From the NCBI GenBank assembly GCA_964503955.1, contig CAZDCG010000002.1, forward strand, positions 77,047 through 141,046: a DNA stretch of 64,000 nt, given 5' to 3'. Made by a program: the position numbers and the translations under genes. The number at the start of each line of letters is the position of its first letter. Position 1 is the first letter of the stretch. Shown in pieces: positions 27,749 through 37,677 of this stretch. The stretch comes from an uncultured Gammaproteobacteria bacterium (GTDB lineage: Bacteria; Patescibacteriota; Patescibacteriia; VMEV01; CAYQCH01). A model generated the notes under the pieces. That model was not told where the DNA came from and did no database searches. It was given only the letters and a program-made list of their open reading frames with translations.

Positions 27749-28840
27749 ATGAGACATCTCAACGAGATGCCTGGTTCCCAAACACATAAGCAGAATCAAT
27801 CCAACAATCTTCTGAAAAGAGGAGGGCTGTTTTTCGCCCTCCTTTTCTGTTGGCTGGCGGCCGCGCAAACCGTTTCAGCTAAACAGCCTTCGGGCATTGT
27901 CTACGTCACGACGGAAAAATCAGCCGGGGAAGACGTGAATGGAGACGGCGAGCTTTCTGACGAAGTTGATTTCTTCCCGGTATTGCAGGCGGTTGATCTT
28001 GCCACCGAGGAAATCACGACGATAGGCATGGGGTTTCTCGACGCGATAGAAGGGGAGAATAGCAATGTCACACCCGAGGGCAAGGTCGTCTACATCGCCA
28101 AGCCGGATCCTGTAAAGAGCCCTGTCCGCGTCTTTGACAGTGTTTCCGGCGAAATAAAAGATCTTCGCTTTGAGGGGCGAAATGCTGCCATTTCTGGAAA
28201 TCTGGTGATTGTCCAGCGTTACAATATCTCGTCAGGAGATCATGAACTGCTTGTCCATGATCTTTTGACAGGGAACAACCGTGTGATTCATCGTTCTCAG
28301 TCAAGAATTGAGGCTGATATCGACGGAGATCTGGTAGCCTTTATTACACGCCCGCAAACAGACACAAATTACAGGCTGTTTTACTATGACTTGTCAAGAT
28401 CTTCGACCACCCAGACCGATTACGATCTGCATGGGCAAATCTTTGCTCCGGTCGTGGATCGGGGGAGGATTGCATTTGTCACCATGCATCAAGGAAAACG
28501 GTCAGTAATACTTCTTAATGCAAAAACCGGAGAAGACCAGATTCTGCCGATTGAGCCGTTTGATACCAAAATCGACCTTGAAGGGGATCTCGTGGCTTTT
28601 ACCAAGGCCATTGAGCGGGAAGCAGATATCCGGGCCTTTACCTATAATCTGGCTTCAGGGGAATTGGTTGATACGGGAATTACCAGCCGGCGCGTACGGC
28701 TCCAGGAAGGCGTGCTCATGACCGTAGAAGGGAGGACGGTTCGCGGCTTAGGACCAATCGTTCTGCAGGATCTGGAATCGGGCCGCACCCAACGATCCAG
28801 GGTATTGGTAGCGCCTCATTTCGGTTTCGGCATCTATTAG
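27749..28840 (+). CDS. Secreted repeat protein (signal peptide, then about 6 repeats of a 40-50-aa unit ending GDLVAF/GRIAFV), beta-propeller-like
   Basis: Signal peptide LFFALLFCWLAAAQTVSA. Internal periodicity visible by eye. Confidence 0.5.
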   Translation: MRHLNEMPGSQTHKQNQSNNLLKRGGLFFALLFCWLAAAQTVSAKQPSGIVYVTTEKSAGEDVNGDGELSDEVDFFPVLQAVDLATEEITTIGMGFLDAIEGENSNVTPEGKVVYIAKPDPVKSPVRVFDSVSGEIKDLRFEGRNAAISGNLVIVQRYNISSGDHELLVHDLLTGNNRVIHRSQSRIEADIDGDLVAFITRPQTDTNYRLFYYDLSRSSTTQTDYDLHGQIFAPVVDRGRIAFVTMHQGKRSVILLNAKTGEDQILPIEPFDTKIDLEGDLVAFTKAIEREADIRAFTYNLASGELVDTGITSRRVRLQEGVLMTVEGRTVRGLGPIVLQDLESGRTQRSRVLVAPHFGFGIY

Positions 28841-29039
28841 AGCAGAAACTGGAAGAAGAGGTGGTTACAGCTCATATTGACGGAAATGCAAAAAAGCTCT
28901 AATCTTTGGCAACCGATGGAACAGAGAAAATCGTTCGATTATCTCTGTCTCCCATGGTGAAAAAAGCTCTGATTTAGGCCAAAAACAGGCGCAAATAGGA
29001 CATATCCACAGGTTAGCGCGCTCCGAAATACAAACATAC

Positions 29040-29067
29040 TTGCATTTTCCAAATTCTCTGTTATAAT
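29040..29067 (+). promoter_or_regulatory. tuf promoter TTGCAT-N16-TATAAT (TGn extended)
   Basis: Seen in sequence. Confidence 0.5.
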
Positions 29068-29100
29068 TTAGTCAACTTTTCAAGGATTTGAGGTTTGTCC

Positions 29101-29123
29101 AAAAACCCCGTATCGGGGTTTTT
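29101..29123 (+). terminator. Symmetric hairpin aaaaaccccg-tat-cggggttttt in the tuf leader (attenuator-like)
   Basis: 10-bp stem, then T5. Lies about 30 nt after the predicted TSS and 47 nt before tuf ATG. Confidence 0.4.
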
Positions 29124-29169
29124 GCTTCGAAAAGAAATCTCTCTCCCTAAAATTAATTCATAGACCCCT

Positions 29170-30354
29170 ATGGCTGAACAATTTGACCGCTCAAAGCCGC
29201 ACGTCAACATTGGTACCATCGGTCACGTTGACCACGGTAAGACCACTCTTACCGCCGCTATCACCACCGTCCTTGCAGAAAAAGGATGGGCGAAGAAGCG
29301 CGCGTACGAAGATATTGACAATGCTCCGGAAGAACGTGAACGTGGTATCACGATCGCGACCTCTCACCAGGAATACGAAACAGAAAACCGCCACTATGCG
29401 CATGTTGACTGTCCTGGACACGCGGACTACGTGAAAAACATGATCACCGGTGCCGCTCAGATGGATGGAGCGATCCTTGTTGTATCAGCTACAGACGGTG
29501 TGATGCCTCAGACTTCTGAACACATCCTTCTTGCCAAGCAGGTAGGCGTACCGGCAATCGTTGTCTTCATCAACAAGGTTGATATGGTTGATGATGCAGA
29601 CTACGTTGACCTCGTAGAAGAAGAAGTTCGTGAATTGCTCAAGAAATATGAATTCCCTGGCGATGAAACTCCTATCATCCGCGGTTCTGCGCTCAAGGCG
29701 CTTGAAAACCCAACGGGAGACGAAGCGAAATGCATTTTCGATCTCATGAAGGCTGTTGACGAATACATCCCAGAGCCGGTTCGTGACACCGAAAAGCCAT
29801 TCTTGATGCCTGTTGAAGATGTCTTCTCAATTGAAGGACGCGGAACGGTTGTGACCGGACGTATCGAACGCGGTATCGTGAAATTGAACGAAGAAATCGA
29901 AATCATCGGTCTTCGCGACACGCAGAAAACCGTTGTTACCGGTATCGAAATGTTCAACAAGAACCTTGACGAAGGACGAGCTGGTGACAATGCCGGTATT
30001 CTCTTGCGTGGTTTGAAGAAAGACGACGTAGAACGCGGACAGGTTCTTGCTAAACCGGGATCTGTAACTCCTCACACTGAATTTGAAGGAGAAATCTACG
30101 CGCTTACCAAAGAAGAAGGCGGACGTCACAAACCATTCTTCAATGGATATAAGCCTCAGTTCTATCTCCGAACGACTGACGTAACAGGTGAAGTAACGCT
30201 CAACCCTGGAACGGAAATGGTTATGCCTGGAGATACTGTTACCGTGAAGGTCAAGTTGATCGTGCCGGTTGCTCTTGAAGAACAGCAGCGCTTCGCTATC
30301 CGCGAAGGCGGCCGAACCGTTGGAGCAGGTGTTATCACCAAAATCATCAACTAA
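29170..30354 (+). CDS. tuf: Elongation factor Tu
   Basis: [18 protein letters not shown] motifs. Confidence 0.95.
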   Translation: MAEQFDRSKPHVNIGTIGHVDHGKTTLTAAITTVLAEKGWAKKRAYEDIDNAPEERERGITIATSHQEYETENRHYAHVDCPGHADYVKNMITGAAQMDGAILVVSATDGVMPQTSEHILLAKQVGVPAIVVFINKVDMVDDADYVDLVEEEVRELLKKYEFPGDETPIIRGSALKALENPTGDEAKCIFDLMKAVDEYIPEPVRDTEKPFLMPVEDVFSIEGRGTVVTGRIERGIVKLNEEIEIIGLRDTQKTVVTGIEMFNKNLDEGRAGDNAGILLRGLKKDDVERGQVLAKPGSVTPHTEFEGEIYALTKEEGGRHKPFFNGYKPQFYLRTTDVTGEVTLNPGTEMVMPGDTVTVKVKLIVPVALEEQQRFAIREGGRTVGAGVITKIIN

Positions 30355-30400
30355 GTTAACAAGAGGGGGGAGTCCTCGAGTCTGAGGGCTTCCCCTTTCG

Positions 30401-30748
30401 TTGATTCACATGCCAAGCAAAAAGAACGCACAATCAGAAGAAACAAAGGCGCGCATCCGCATTAAGATTTTGGCGTATGATCACAAGATCATCGACCAGT
30501 CTACCCGAACGATTATCGATACGGCTGTACGTTCAGGCGCTCAGATCATCGGTCCGGTGCCATTGCCTACGGAAAAGAAGAAATTCACGACAAACCGTTC
30601 GACGTTTGTGCACAAGGATTCGCGCGATCAATACGAAATGCGTATCCACAAACGCTTGGTTGATATCGTAGAACCAACTCCTAAAACCGTTGACTCTCTG
30701 ATGAGCCTCAACTTGCCTGCGGGAGTTGACGTGGAAATCAAGATGTGA
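30401..30748 (+). CDS. rpsJ: Ribosomal protein S10
   Basis: [11 protein letters not shown] ... full S10 core. Alternative start at 30410. Confidence 0.9.
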   Translation: MIHMPSKKNAQSEETKARIRIKILAYDHKIIDQSTRTIIDTAVRSGAQIIGPVPLPTEKKKFTTNRSTFVHKDSRDQYEMRIHKRLVDIVEPTPKTVDSLMSLNLPAGVDVEIKM

Positions 30749-30754
30749 GCGGGT

Positions 30755-30815
30755 GGAGTAGAGTGTAGAACCTGGGTTGCAAGATCATTGCGGCCTGACC
30801 GCTACTCTCTACTCC
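30755..30815 (+). repeat. GTAGAG-based hairpin repeat, copy A (ggagtagagtgtag ... ctactctctactcc)
   Basis: 14-bp imperfect stem, 33-nt loop. Paralogous element at 38099-38154. Confidence 0.6.
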
Positions 30816-30822
30816 AAGCAGG

Positions 30823-30851
30823 TTGATAAAAAGAAACCATTCTGCTATCCT
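30823..30851 (+). promoter_or_regulatory. Candidate promoter TTGATA-N17-TATCCT inside the rpsJ-rplC spacer
   Basis: Seen in sequence. Weak -10. Confidence 0.35.
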
Positions 30852-30998
30852 CATAGTGTCCAAAATCAAGAAAGATCCTGGTCGACGCATTCGACGGAAA
30901 ACCTTGATAGGGGACGAACTAAGAGAACAGGTAACTACTTATAGAAGGACTTCAAACAACAACTTTTCATCCGTGATTCAAAGTGGCGGAGAAAAGGT

Positions 30999-31044
30999 CA
31001 GAAATTTAGCCCCGATCCATTCTGTGCTAAATTTCTGGCTTTTT
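30999..31044 (+). terminator. Intrinsic terminator/attenuator (12-bp stem cagaaatttagc / gctaaatttctg, then gcttttt) 36 nt upstream of rplC
   Basis: Perfect 12-bp stem with 15-nt loop and T5. Confidence 0.6.
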
Positions 31045-31079
31045 GCTTACCTATTATCAGACTGTGAAACCTCACCGAT

Positions 31080-31859
31080 ATGAAATTCATCATCGGATAC
31101 AAACAACAGATGACCCAGAAATACCGTCAGGACGGCACGCTTGTACCGGTGACCGTTGTTAAGGCTGAACCGGCTGTCGTGACGCAGGTAAAGACAAACG
31201 ATAAAGACGGTTACACGGCTGTTCAGCTCGGATTCGGTTCAAGAAAGAAACACGGGAAAGCGCTAGCCGGTCACGTGAAAAAGATTCTTGAAACAGGCCG
31301 CAAGCCGTTTCATGGATTCCGTGAGGTACGTGTTGAAGACGCTTCTGCATTTTCCGTTGGCGACACGGTTACGGTAAAAACATTCGGCGAAGGAGATAAA
31401 ATCGCTGTGACGGGTACGTCAAAAGGACGAGGGTTCCAGGGTGTTGTAAAGCGTCATGGATTCGGCGGTTCTCCGGCATCGCACGGACATAAAGACCAGT
31501 TGAGAATGCCTGGTTCCATCGGAGCAGGTGAACCTCAGCATGTCTTTAAAGGAACGCGCATGGGCGGCCGAATGGGAAATGATCAGATTACGGTCAAGAA
31601 TCTTGAAGTGGTCGCAATTGATGAAGCGCAGAATCTGCTTTACATCAAAGGAGCCCTTCCTGGGGCGCGCAACAGTGTTGTTCTGATCCAGGGCGAAGGC
31701 GATGTGGTTCTTGGCGGATCGATTTTTGAAGCAAGCCAGGAATCAACCCAAGCTGCAGAAGAAGCCGCGGAACCGGTTGCTCAGCAGTCTGAATCTGCGG
31801 AAACTCAGCAGGAAGAGCAGAAAGCTCCAGCAGAAGAAAACAACGTAGAACAAGCATAA
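31080..31859 (+). CDS. rplC: Ribosomal protein L3 with about 45-aa acidic Q/E/A-rich C-terminal extension
   Basis: L3 core, including FKGTRMGGRMGNDQITV. Confidence 0.9.
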   Translation: MKFIIGYKQQMTQKYRQDGTLVPVTVVKAEPAVVTQVKTNDKDGYTAVQLGFGSRKKHGKALAGHVKKILETGRKPFHGFREVRVEDASAFSVGDTVTVKTFGEGDKIAVTGTSKGRGFQGVVKRHGFGGSPASHGHKDQLRMPGSIGAGEPQHVFKGTRMGGRMGNDQITVKNLEVVAIDEAQNLLYIKGALPGARNSVVLIQGEGDVVLGGSIFEASQESTQAAEEAAEPVAQQSESAETQQEEQKAPAEENNVEQA

Positions 31860-31860
31860 T

Positions 31861-32496
31861 ATGGACAAGTTCAAAGTTTACAATCTCGCAGGTGAAGTTG
31901 TCGGAGAGCAAGCGCTCGACCCGAAATTGTTCGGAGTGGAAGTAAATCCAAGACTTGTTCAGCAAGTTGTTGTCGCTCAGGCGGCTAATGCCCGACGCCC
32001 ATGGGCCCACACCAAACTTCGTTCAGAAGTGCGCGGTGGCGGACGAAAACCATGGAGACAGAAGGGAACAGGACGCGCTCGCCACGGTTCATCACGATCA
32101 CCGATCTGGCGTGGTGGAGGCGTGACATTTGGCCCTCGCAGCGACCGCAACTATCAAATCGCGGTGAATAAGAAAGCGAAAAAGTCAGCTCTTCGCATGG
32201 TGCTTTCAGATCGCGCGAAGAACGGTCAGCTCATTCTTGTCGACTCATTGCAATTGCCGGAAATCAAGACAAAGCAGGTTGTTCAGGCTCTGGAGCGCCT
32301 TCCTCTGAAAGGACGAAAAACAATCTTTGTTTTGGATAAGAATTCCGACAATATGGCGATCTCAAGCCGCAATATTCCTGAAGTGGGCACCCTGGGCGCA
32401 GACAGCTTGAATATCCGCGATCTCTTGCATACGCAGAATGTTGTGATCCCGGTGAGCGCGCTTGAGACCATCAACAAACTTTACGGAGCGAACTAA
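31861..32496 (+). CDS. rplD: Ribosomal protein L4
   Basis: L4 core. Confidence 0.9.
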   Translation: MDKFKVYNLAGEVVGEQALDPKLFGVEVNPRLVQQVVVAQAANARRPWAHTKLRSEVRGGGRKPWRQKGTGRARHGSSRSPIWRGGGVTFGPRSDRNYQIAVNKKAKKSALRMVLSDRAKNGQLILVDSLQLPEIKTKQVVQALERLPLKGRKTIFVLDKNSDNMAISSRNIPEVGTLGADSLNIRDLLHTQNVVIPVSALETINKLYGAN

Positions 32497-32497
32497 T

Positions 32498-32950
32498 ATG
32501 GGAATCTTCGACAAACTCAAAAAGACGCGTGAAGAAAAAGCCGCTCAGAAAGAACAGGCAAAGGTTGAAGATGCCGCAAAGCAGAAGAGCGAATCTAAGA
32601 AGAAAACGTCAGACAAGCCGAAGAAAGAAGAAGCGGCAAAACCTGCGCAGATTGATTCTGTTCCATCACGAATTGCACATGCGGTTTTGATCGCTCCCGT
32701 TATGACAGAAAAGTCTTTGCGATTGCAGCAGGAGAATAAGTATGTCTTTCGTGTTTCAGCCCAGGCAAACAAAATTTCTGTAAAGCAGGCTGTAAAGGAA
32801 GTCTATGGAATCCCGCCAAAGAGTGTACGCATTATCAAAGAAAAGCCGCAGGCAGTAAACCGATGGGGCCGCATGATTGGTATGACAAAAGCCGGTAAGA
32901 AGGCGGTCGTCACCATGCCTGAAGGTGCTGTCATCAAACTGACTCAATAA
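32498..32950 (+). CDS. rplW: Ribosomal protein L23 with about 55-aa Lys/Glu-rich N-terminal extension
   Basis: L23 core at the C-terminus. ATG lies 1 nt after the rplD stop. Confidence 0.85.
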   Translation: MGIFDKLKKTREEKAAQKEQAKVEDAAKQKSESKKKTSDKPKKEEAAKPAQIDSVPSRIAHAVLIAPVMTEKSLRLQQENKYVFRVSAQANKISVKQAVKEVYGIPPKSVRIIKEKPQAVNRWGRMIGMTKAGKKAVVTMPEGAVIKLTQ

Positions 32951-32952
32951 GT

Positions 32953-33801
32953 ATGCCGATTAAAGTCTACAAACCTGTTACCGCCGGACGACGAAAATCA
33001 AGCGTGAATACGTTTGGTGAGCTTACGGCTGCAAAACCGATTAAGCGTTTGACGGTTTCTAAGAAGCGCGGATCAGGCCGTAACAATACAGGCAAGATCA
33101 CGGTGCGCCACCGTGGAGGAGGAGCAAAACGCCGCTACCGTCTTGTAGACTTTCGACGTGAAGATTTCGGAATCCCGGCAAAGGTAACGAGCGTAGAGTA
33201 CGATCCAAACCGATCCTGCTGGATTGCCGGTATCACATACGTCAACGGAAAGAAAGCATATATTATCGCGCCTCAAGGAATCGAAGTTGGGCAGGAAGTG
33301 ATCTCATCAAAAGAGCGTGTTGATGTGAAGCCGGGAAACCGCATGCCTCTTGAAAAAATGCCGATTGGAACAACCGTCTACAATGTTGAGCTTACTCCCG
33401 GACAAGGCGGTTTGCTTATCCGCTCAGCGGGAGCAAGCGCTCAGCTGATGGCGGTTGAAGGCAAGCATGCCACCTTGAAACTTCCTTCTAAAGAAGTCCG
33501 CAAGGTGCCCAAGCAGTGCATGGCCACGGTTGGATCTGTTAGCAATCCTGACCATCGTCTCGTACGATGGGGGAAAGCAGGCCGCATGCGCCATCGTGGA
33601 AAACGCCCATCCGTGCGTGGTAAAGCGATGAATCCGGTAGATCACCCTCATGGTGGTGGTGAAGGTGGAAACCCAATCGGTTTGAAGCACCCGAAGACTC
33701 CATGGGGCAAAGCCGCTCTTGGTGTGAAATCCCGCCGTCCGAAGAAAGCTTCTACTCGATTGATTGTTTCCCGCCGTCCAAAGAATAAGAAACGCCGTTA
33801 A
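32953..33801 (+). CDS. rplB: Ribosomal protein L2
   Basis: L2 core (GGGEGGNPIGLKHPKTPWGK). Confidence 0.95.
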   Translation: MPIKVYKPVTAGRRKSSVNTFGELTAAKPIKRLTVSKKRGSGRNNTGKITVRHRGGGAKRRYRLVDFRREDFGIPAKVTSVEYDPNRSCWIAGITYVNGKKAYIIAPQGIEVGQEVISSKERVDVKPGNRMPLEKMPIGTTVYNVELTPGQGGLLIRSAGASAQLMAVEGKHATLKLPSKEVRKVPKQCMATVGSVSNPDHRLVRWGKAGRMRHRGKRPSVRGKAMNPVDHPHGGGEGGNPIGLKHPKTPWGKAALGVKSRRPKKASTRLIVSRRPKNKKRR

Positions 33802-33811
33802 TCCATAGCTT

Positions 33812-34096
33812 ATGTCACGAAGTCTTAAAAAAGGACCATATACAGACCCGAAGCTTCTTGAGAAAGTAGCCAAGCTTAAACAGGGAGACGCTACCATCAT
33901 CAAGACCTGGTCTCGACGAAGCACCATCACTCCGGAAATGGTCGGATTTCGATTTGCTGTGCACAACGGACGAGAACATATCACCGTGGCAGTTGTGGAA
34001 GACATGGTTGGACATAAATTCGGTGAATTTGTACCTACTCGCAAATTCCTGGGGCATGGCGGAAAAATTGCCAAGGCTCAGGCGACTACTAAATAG
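33812..34096 (+). CDS. rpsS: Ribosomal protein S19
   Basis: S19 core. Confidence 0.95.
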   Translation: MSRSLKKGPYTDPKLLEKVAKLKQGDATIIKTWSRRSTITPEMVGFRFAVHNGREHITVAVVEDMVGHKFGEFVPTRKFLGHGGKIAKAQATTK

Positions 34097-34101
34097 CAGA
34101 T

Positions 34102-34641
34102 ATGAAAGAAGTAAAGGCAATTCTACGAAATCTCCAGATCTCTCCGCGCAAGGTTCAGCTTGTTGCGCAGTTGATCCGTGGAAACACGGTCGCCCAGGCC
34201 CGACACCAGCTTACGCATAATCCAAAGAACGCGGCCAAGCCGATGTTGAAATTGCTGAACTCAGCTGTTGCCAATGCGGAACACAATAATAATTTGAATA
34301 CGGAAACATTGCGCGTAAAGAATGTCATGGTTGGCCAGGGGCCTGTGCTTAAGCGGTTTACTCCTCGAGCATTCGGCCGCGCGACAACAATCCGCAAGCG
34401 CATGTCTCACATCAAGATCGTTCTGGAAGGCGAAGAGCTTGCGTCCGCTCTAAAGACCAAGAAGAAAGCTGCACCAAAGACTCGCAAGCCAAAGAATGCC
34501 AGCGATATTGAAAAACAGCCTCCGGCAAAAAAGGGCGGTCGACCATCATCCGGCAAGAAGCCCGAATCCGTTGACCCTCGAAGCAAGGGACATGAGCGCC
34601 CTATGCGCCGCCAGGAGCAGCACAATAAGAAGGCCATCTAA
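34102..34641 (+). CDS. rplV: Ribosomal protein L22 with about 60-aa basic C-terminal extension
   Basis: L22 core, then K/R-rich tail. Confidence 0.9.
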   Translation: MKEVKAILRNLQISPRKVQLVAQLIRGNTVAQARHQLTHNPKNAAKPMLKLLNSAVANAEHNNNLNTETLRVKNVMVGQGPVLKRFTPRAFGRATTIRKRMSHIKIVLEGEELASALKTKKKAAPKTRKPKNASDIEKQPPAKKGGRPSSGKKPESVDPRSKGHERPMRRQEQHNKKAI

Positions 34642-34651
34642 TTAAACAGGT

Positions 34652-35314
34652 ATGGGACAAAAAGTTAATCCAATTGGGTTTCGCCTCGGCGTCATTCGCG
34701 ACTGGAAGTCGAAGTGGTTTGCCAATGAGCGCAATTATGCCGCCTTGCTTGAACAAGACGTCAAAGTTCGCCGTCACCTGAAAAAGGAATTGCGCGAGGC
34801 ATTGGTAGATCGCATCGAAATCGAGCGATCACGCAATACCATGACCGTGACGATTTTTGCGGCAAAGCCGGGTGTAATCATCGGCCGCGCTGGTGCTGGT
34901 ATTGAAAAGCTGAAAAAGGATGTCTCCCGCAACTATCTGCCGCCAAAAACCAATTTGCAGATCAATGTCCAGGAAGTTCGCCAGCCGAATCTGCACGCAG
35001 CCGTGATCGTTGAACAGATCGCGCATGATTTGGAACGCCGTGTCGCATTCCGCCGCGCAATGAAACAGGCTGCTGGCAAGATTGAACGCGAAGGCGCGCT
35101 CGGATATAAAATCCAGGTGAAAGGCCGCCTGAACGGCGCGGAAATCGCCCGTGATGAACATCTCTCATTTGGATTGATTCCTTTGCATACTCTTCGTGCT
35201 GATATCGACTACGCTCGCGGTGTCGCTCAGACAACCTATGGCGTGATCGGGATTAAAGTCTGGATCTATAAAGGACAGGTCTTTGAAGAAGCCAAAGAGA
35301 ACAAGAAGGCATAA
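34652..35314 (+). CDS. rpsC: Ribosomal protein S3
   Basis: KH domain and S3 C-terminal domain. Confidence 0.95.
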   Translation: MGQKVNPIGFRLGVIRDWKSKWFANERNYAALLEQDVKVRRHLKKELREALVDRIEIERSRNTMTVTIFAAKPGVIIGRAGAGIEKLKKDVSRNYLPPKTNLQINVQEVRQPNLHAAVIVEQIAHDLERRVAFRRAMKQAAGKIEREGALGYKIQVKGRLNGAEIARDEHLSFGLIPLHTLRADIDYARGVAQTTYGVIGIKVWIYKGQVFEEAKENKKA

Positions 35315-35325
35315 ACCTGAATACT

Positions 35326-35742
35326 ATGTTGATTCCAAAGAAAACCAAGCACCGAAAAATGCATAAAGGAAAAGCGCGCTTTAAGCGTCAGGCTACGCGT
35401 GGTTTTCAGGTTAGCTTCGGAAGCTACGGGTTGCAGTCAATCGACAATAAGTGGATTTCTTCCCGCCAGATTGAAGCTGCCCGACGCGCCATGACCCGCT
35501 ATATCCAGCGCGGCGGAAAGATCTGGATCCGCATTTTCCCTCACCGTCCAATCACTGCCAAGGGGTCTGAAATCCCGATGGGTAAAGGAAAAGGTGCTGT
35601 AGACCATTACGTGCAGGAAGTGAAGCCTGGAACGATGTTGTTTGAAATCGACGGTGTTACGGAACAGCAGGCACGTGAAGCGATGCGCCTGGCATCTCAT
35701 AAGCTGCCGGTCCGCACCAAATTTGTGAAGCGTGAATACTAA
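35326..35742 (+). CDS. rplP: Ribosomal protein L16
   Basis: L16 core. Confidence 0.95.
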   Translation: MLIPKKTKHRKMHKGKARFKRQATRGFQVSFGSYGLQSIDNKWISSRQIEAARRAMTRYIQRGGKIWIRIFPHRPITAKGSEIPMGKGKGAVDHYVQEVKPGTMLFEIDGVTEQQAREAMRLASHKLPVRTKFVKREY

Positions 35743-35971
35743 ATATATGAACTATACAGCTGCACAAATCAAAGAACTCTCTGAAAAGGAATTGCATGAA
35801 CTGCTTTCTAAACTTCGCGGTGAACAACGCCAAATGCGTTTTCTGATCCGCCAGGGGGAATGGCGTGAAATGCACAAGATCCACCAAACGAAAAAGGCGA
35901 TCGCCAGAGTGCTGACTGTCTTGGCTGCGAAAAACGGAGAACTATTGACAGACAGCAAAAAACAAGGTTAA
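35732..35971 (+). CDS. rpmC: Ribosomal protein L29
   Basis: L29 helix pattern. Overlaps the rplP end. Alternative start at 35747. Confidence 0.8.
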   Translation: MNTKYMNYTAAQIKELSEKELHELLSKLRGEQRQMRFLIRQGEWREMHKIHQTKKAIARVLTVLAAKNGELLTDSKKQG

Positions 35972-35986
35972 CTTTGACGAACTTCT

Positions 35987-36232
35987 ATGCAGAACGATCA
36001 GACACAACCGAAGAAACGCAAACTACGAGGCACCGTTGTCAGCACGAAAATGGACAAAACGGTTGTTGTCCGCGTGGATCAGGTACGAACGCATCCTGTT
36101 TATCAGAAGAAATACACCGTTTCACGGCGCTTCAAAGTTCATGATGAAACCAACCAGTCAAAAGTCGGAGATGTTGTAGACTTTGTTGAATGCCGACCTC
36201 TTTCTAAGCAAAAACGCTGGAGACTGGCATAA
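35987..36232 (+). CDS. rpsQ: Ribosomal protein S17
   Basis: S17 OB-fold core. Confidence 0.9.
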   Translation: MQNDQTQPKKRKLRGTVVSTKMDKTVVVRVDQVRTHPVYQKKYTVSRRFKVHDETNQSKVGDVVDFVECRPLSKQKRWRLA

Positions 36233-36246
36233 CTTGTTGACCGCAT

Positions 36247-36618
36247 ATGATCCAAGAGGAATCAAAATTGAAAGTTGCAGACAATACAGGAGCAAAGATG
36301 ATCAAAGTCATCCGTGTTCGCGGCGGCTACCAGAGACGCTATGCGCGTATTGGTGATATTGTCACGGCTGCGGTAAAGGAAGCAACGCCAAACGGCATCG
36401 TGAAAAAGAGCGATGTTGTCCAGGCGGTGATTGTCCGCATGAAAAAAGAACAACGCCGCAAAGATGGAACCTATATCCGATTCGATGAGAACGCGGCGGT
36501 GATTATTGATCCGAAATCACGAGAACCAAAAGGAACCCGTGTCTTCGGTCCGATTGCTCGAGAACTCCGCGCGAAGGGATTTCAAAAGATTATTTCCTTA
36601 GCACCTGAAGTACTGTAA
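36247..36618 (+). CDS. rplN: Ribosomal protein L14
   Basis: [17 protein letters not shown]. Confidence 0.95.
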   Translation: MIQEESKLKVADNTGAKMIKVIRVRGGYQRRYARIGDIVTAAVKEATPNGIVKKSDVVQAVIVRMKKEQRRKDGTYIRFDENAAVIIDPKSREPKGTRVFGPIARELRAKGFQKIISLAPEVL

Positions 36619-36622
36619 GCAT

Positions 36623-36901
36623 ATGATTAAAACAGGACAAACAGTAAAAGTACTCACCGGAAAAGACAAAGGCAAAACAGGCCAGGTGATTCAGGTATTC
36701 CCTCAGCTTGAAAAAGTTGTTGTTGAAGGAGTAAATAAGGCATACAAACACATTAAACGCCAGTTGCGCTCAGGGGCTGAAAAGGGCCAGCGCGTTGAAT
36801 TCTTTGCGCCGATTCATGTTTCAAATGTTGTGGTGGTTGAAGAGAAGGCAAAGAAAGAAAAGAAGGATTCTAAAGAAACCGCTACTAAGAAGAAAGCCTA
36901 G
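36623..36901 (+). CDS. rplX: Ribosomal protein L24
   Basis: KOW motif. Confidence 0.9.
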   Translation: MIKTGQTVKVLTGKDKGKTGQVIQVFPQLEKVVVEGVNKAYKHIKRQLRSGAEKGQRVEFFAPIHVSNVVVVEEKAKKEKKDSKETATKKKA

Positions 36902-36904
36902 CTT

Positions 36905-37474
36905 ATGACAGGTAACATGCTAAAACACTATCGAGAAGTTGTTGCTCCGGCCATGCAGGAGAAGTTTCAGTATGCCAATAAAATGCAGGTTCCGGCGATT
37001 AAGAAAGTAACCATCAATGTCGGAGCAGGAACGCGAAGCAACTACAATCTTGATGCAGTAGCTGAAAACTTGCGAAAGATCAGCGGCCAGAATCCAGTCA
37101 AAACCTTGGCGAAAAAATCGATCTCGAACTTCAAAATCCGTGATGACCAGCCAATCGGTTTGCGCGTGACCATGCGGGGACCTCGCATGTACCACTTTCT
37201 TGATAAGCTGGTTCATGTCACGCTTCCTCGCGTGCATGACTTCCGCGGTTTGTCTTCTAAAGCATTCGATCGACAGGGGAATTATTCCATCGGGATGAAA
37301 GATCAGCTTGCGTTTCCTGAAATCAGCGCTGAGAGCATTGAACAGTTGCACGGTTTGCAGATTGTGGTAACAACTTCCGCCAAAAGCAAGGAAGAAGGGT
37401 ACGAGCTGCTGCGGCTGCTCGGATTCCCCCTACAGGAGCTCGAGGTGAAGAAAAAGAAGAAAAAAGTAAGTTAA
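36905..37474 (+). CDS. rplE: Ribosomal protein L5
   Basis: L5 core. Confidence 0.95.
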   Translation: MTGNMLKHYREVVAPAMQEKFQYANKMQVPAIKKVTINVGAGTRSNYNLDAVAENLRKISGQNPVKTLAKKSISNFKIRDDQPIGLRVTMRGPRMYHFLDKLVHVTLPRVHDFRGLSSKAFDRQGNYSIGMKDQLAFPEISAESIEQLHGLQIVVTTSAKSKEEGYELLRLLGFPLQELEVKKKKKKVS

Positions 37475-37480
37475 ATCATT

Positions 37481-37666
37481 ATGGCAACAGAAGCACAAAA
37501 AGCGAAATCACGACGAAAGCCGAAGTACTCTACTCGGATTGTTCGACGCTGCTGGAGATGTGGTCGACAGAGAGCGTATATGCGTCGCTTTAATATGTGC
37601 CGTATCTGTTTTCGCGAATTGGCAAGCCAGGGGCAGATCCCAGGTGTTCGCAAAAGCAGCTGGTAA
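37481..37666 (+). CDS. rpsN: Ribosomal protein S14, Zn-ribbon (type Z) form, 61 aa
   Basis: [23 protein letters not shown]. Confidence 0.9.
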   Translation: MATEAQKAKSRRKPKYSTRIVRRCWRCGRQRAYMRRFNMCRICFRELASQGQIPGVRKSSW

Positions 37667-37677
37667 ACTAATAGACT

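Noticed and set aside
30823-31083. 86-aa ORF in the rpsJ-rplC spacer
   Set aside because: Low-complexity sequence spanning a promoter-like site and a 12-bp-stem terminator. The region is better explained as a regulatory leader.
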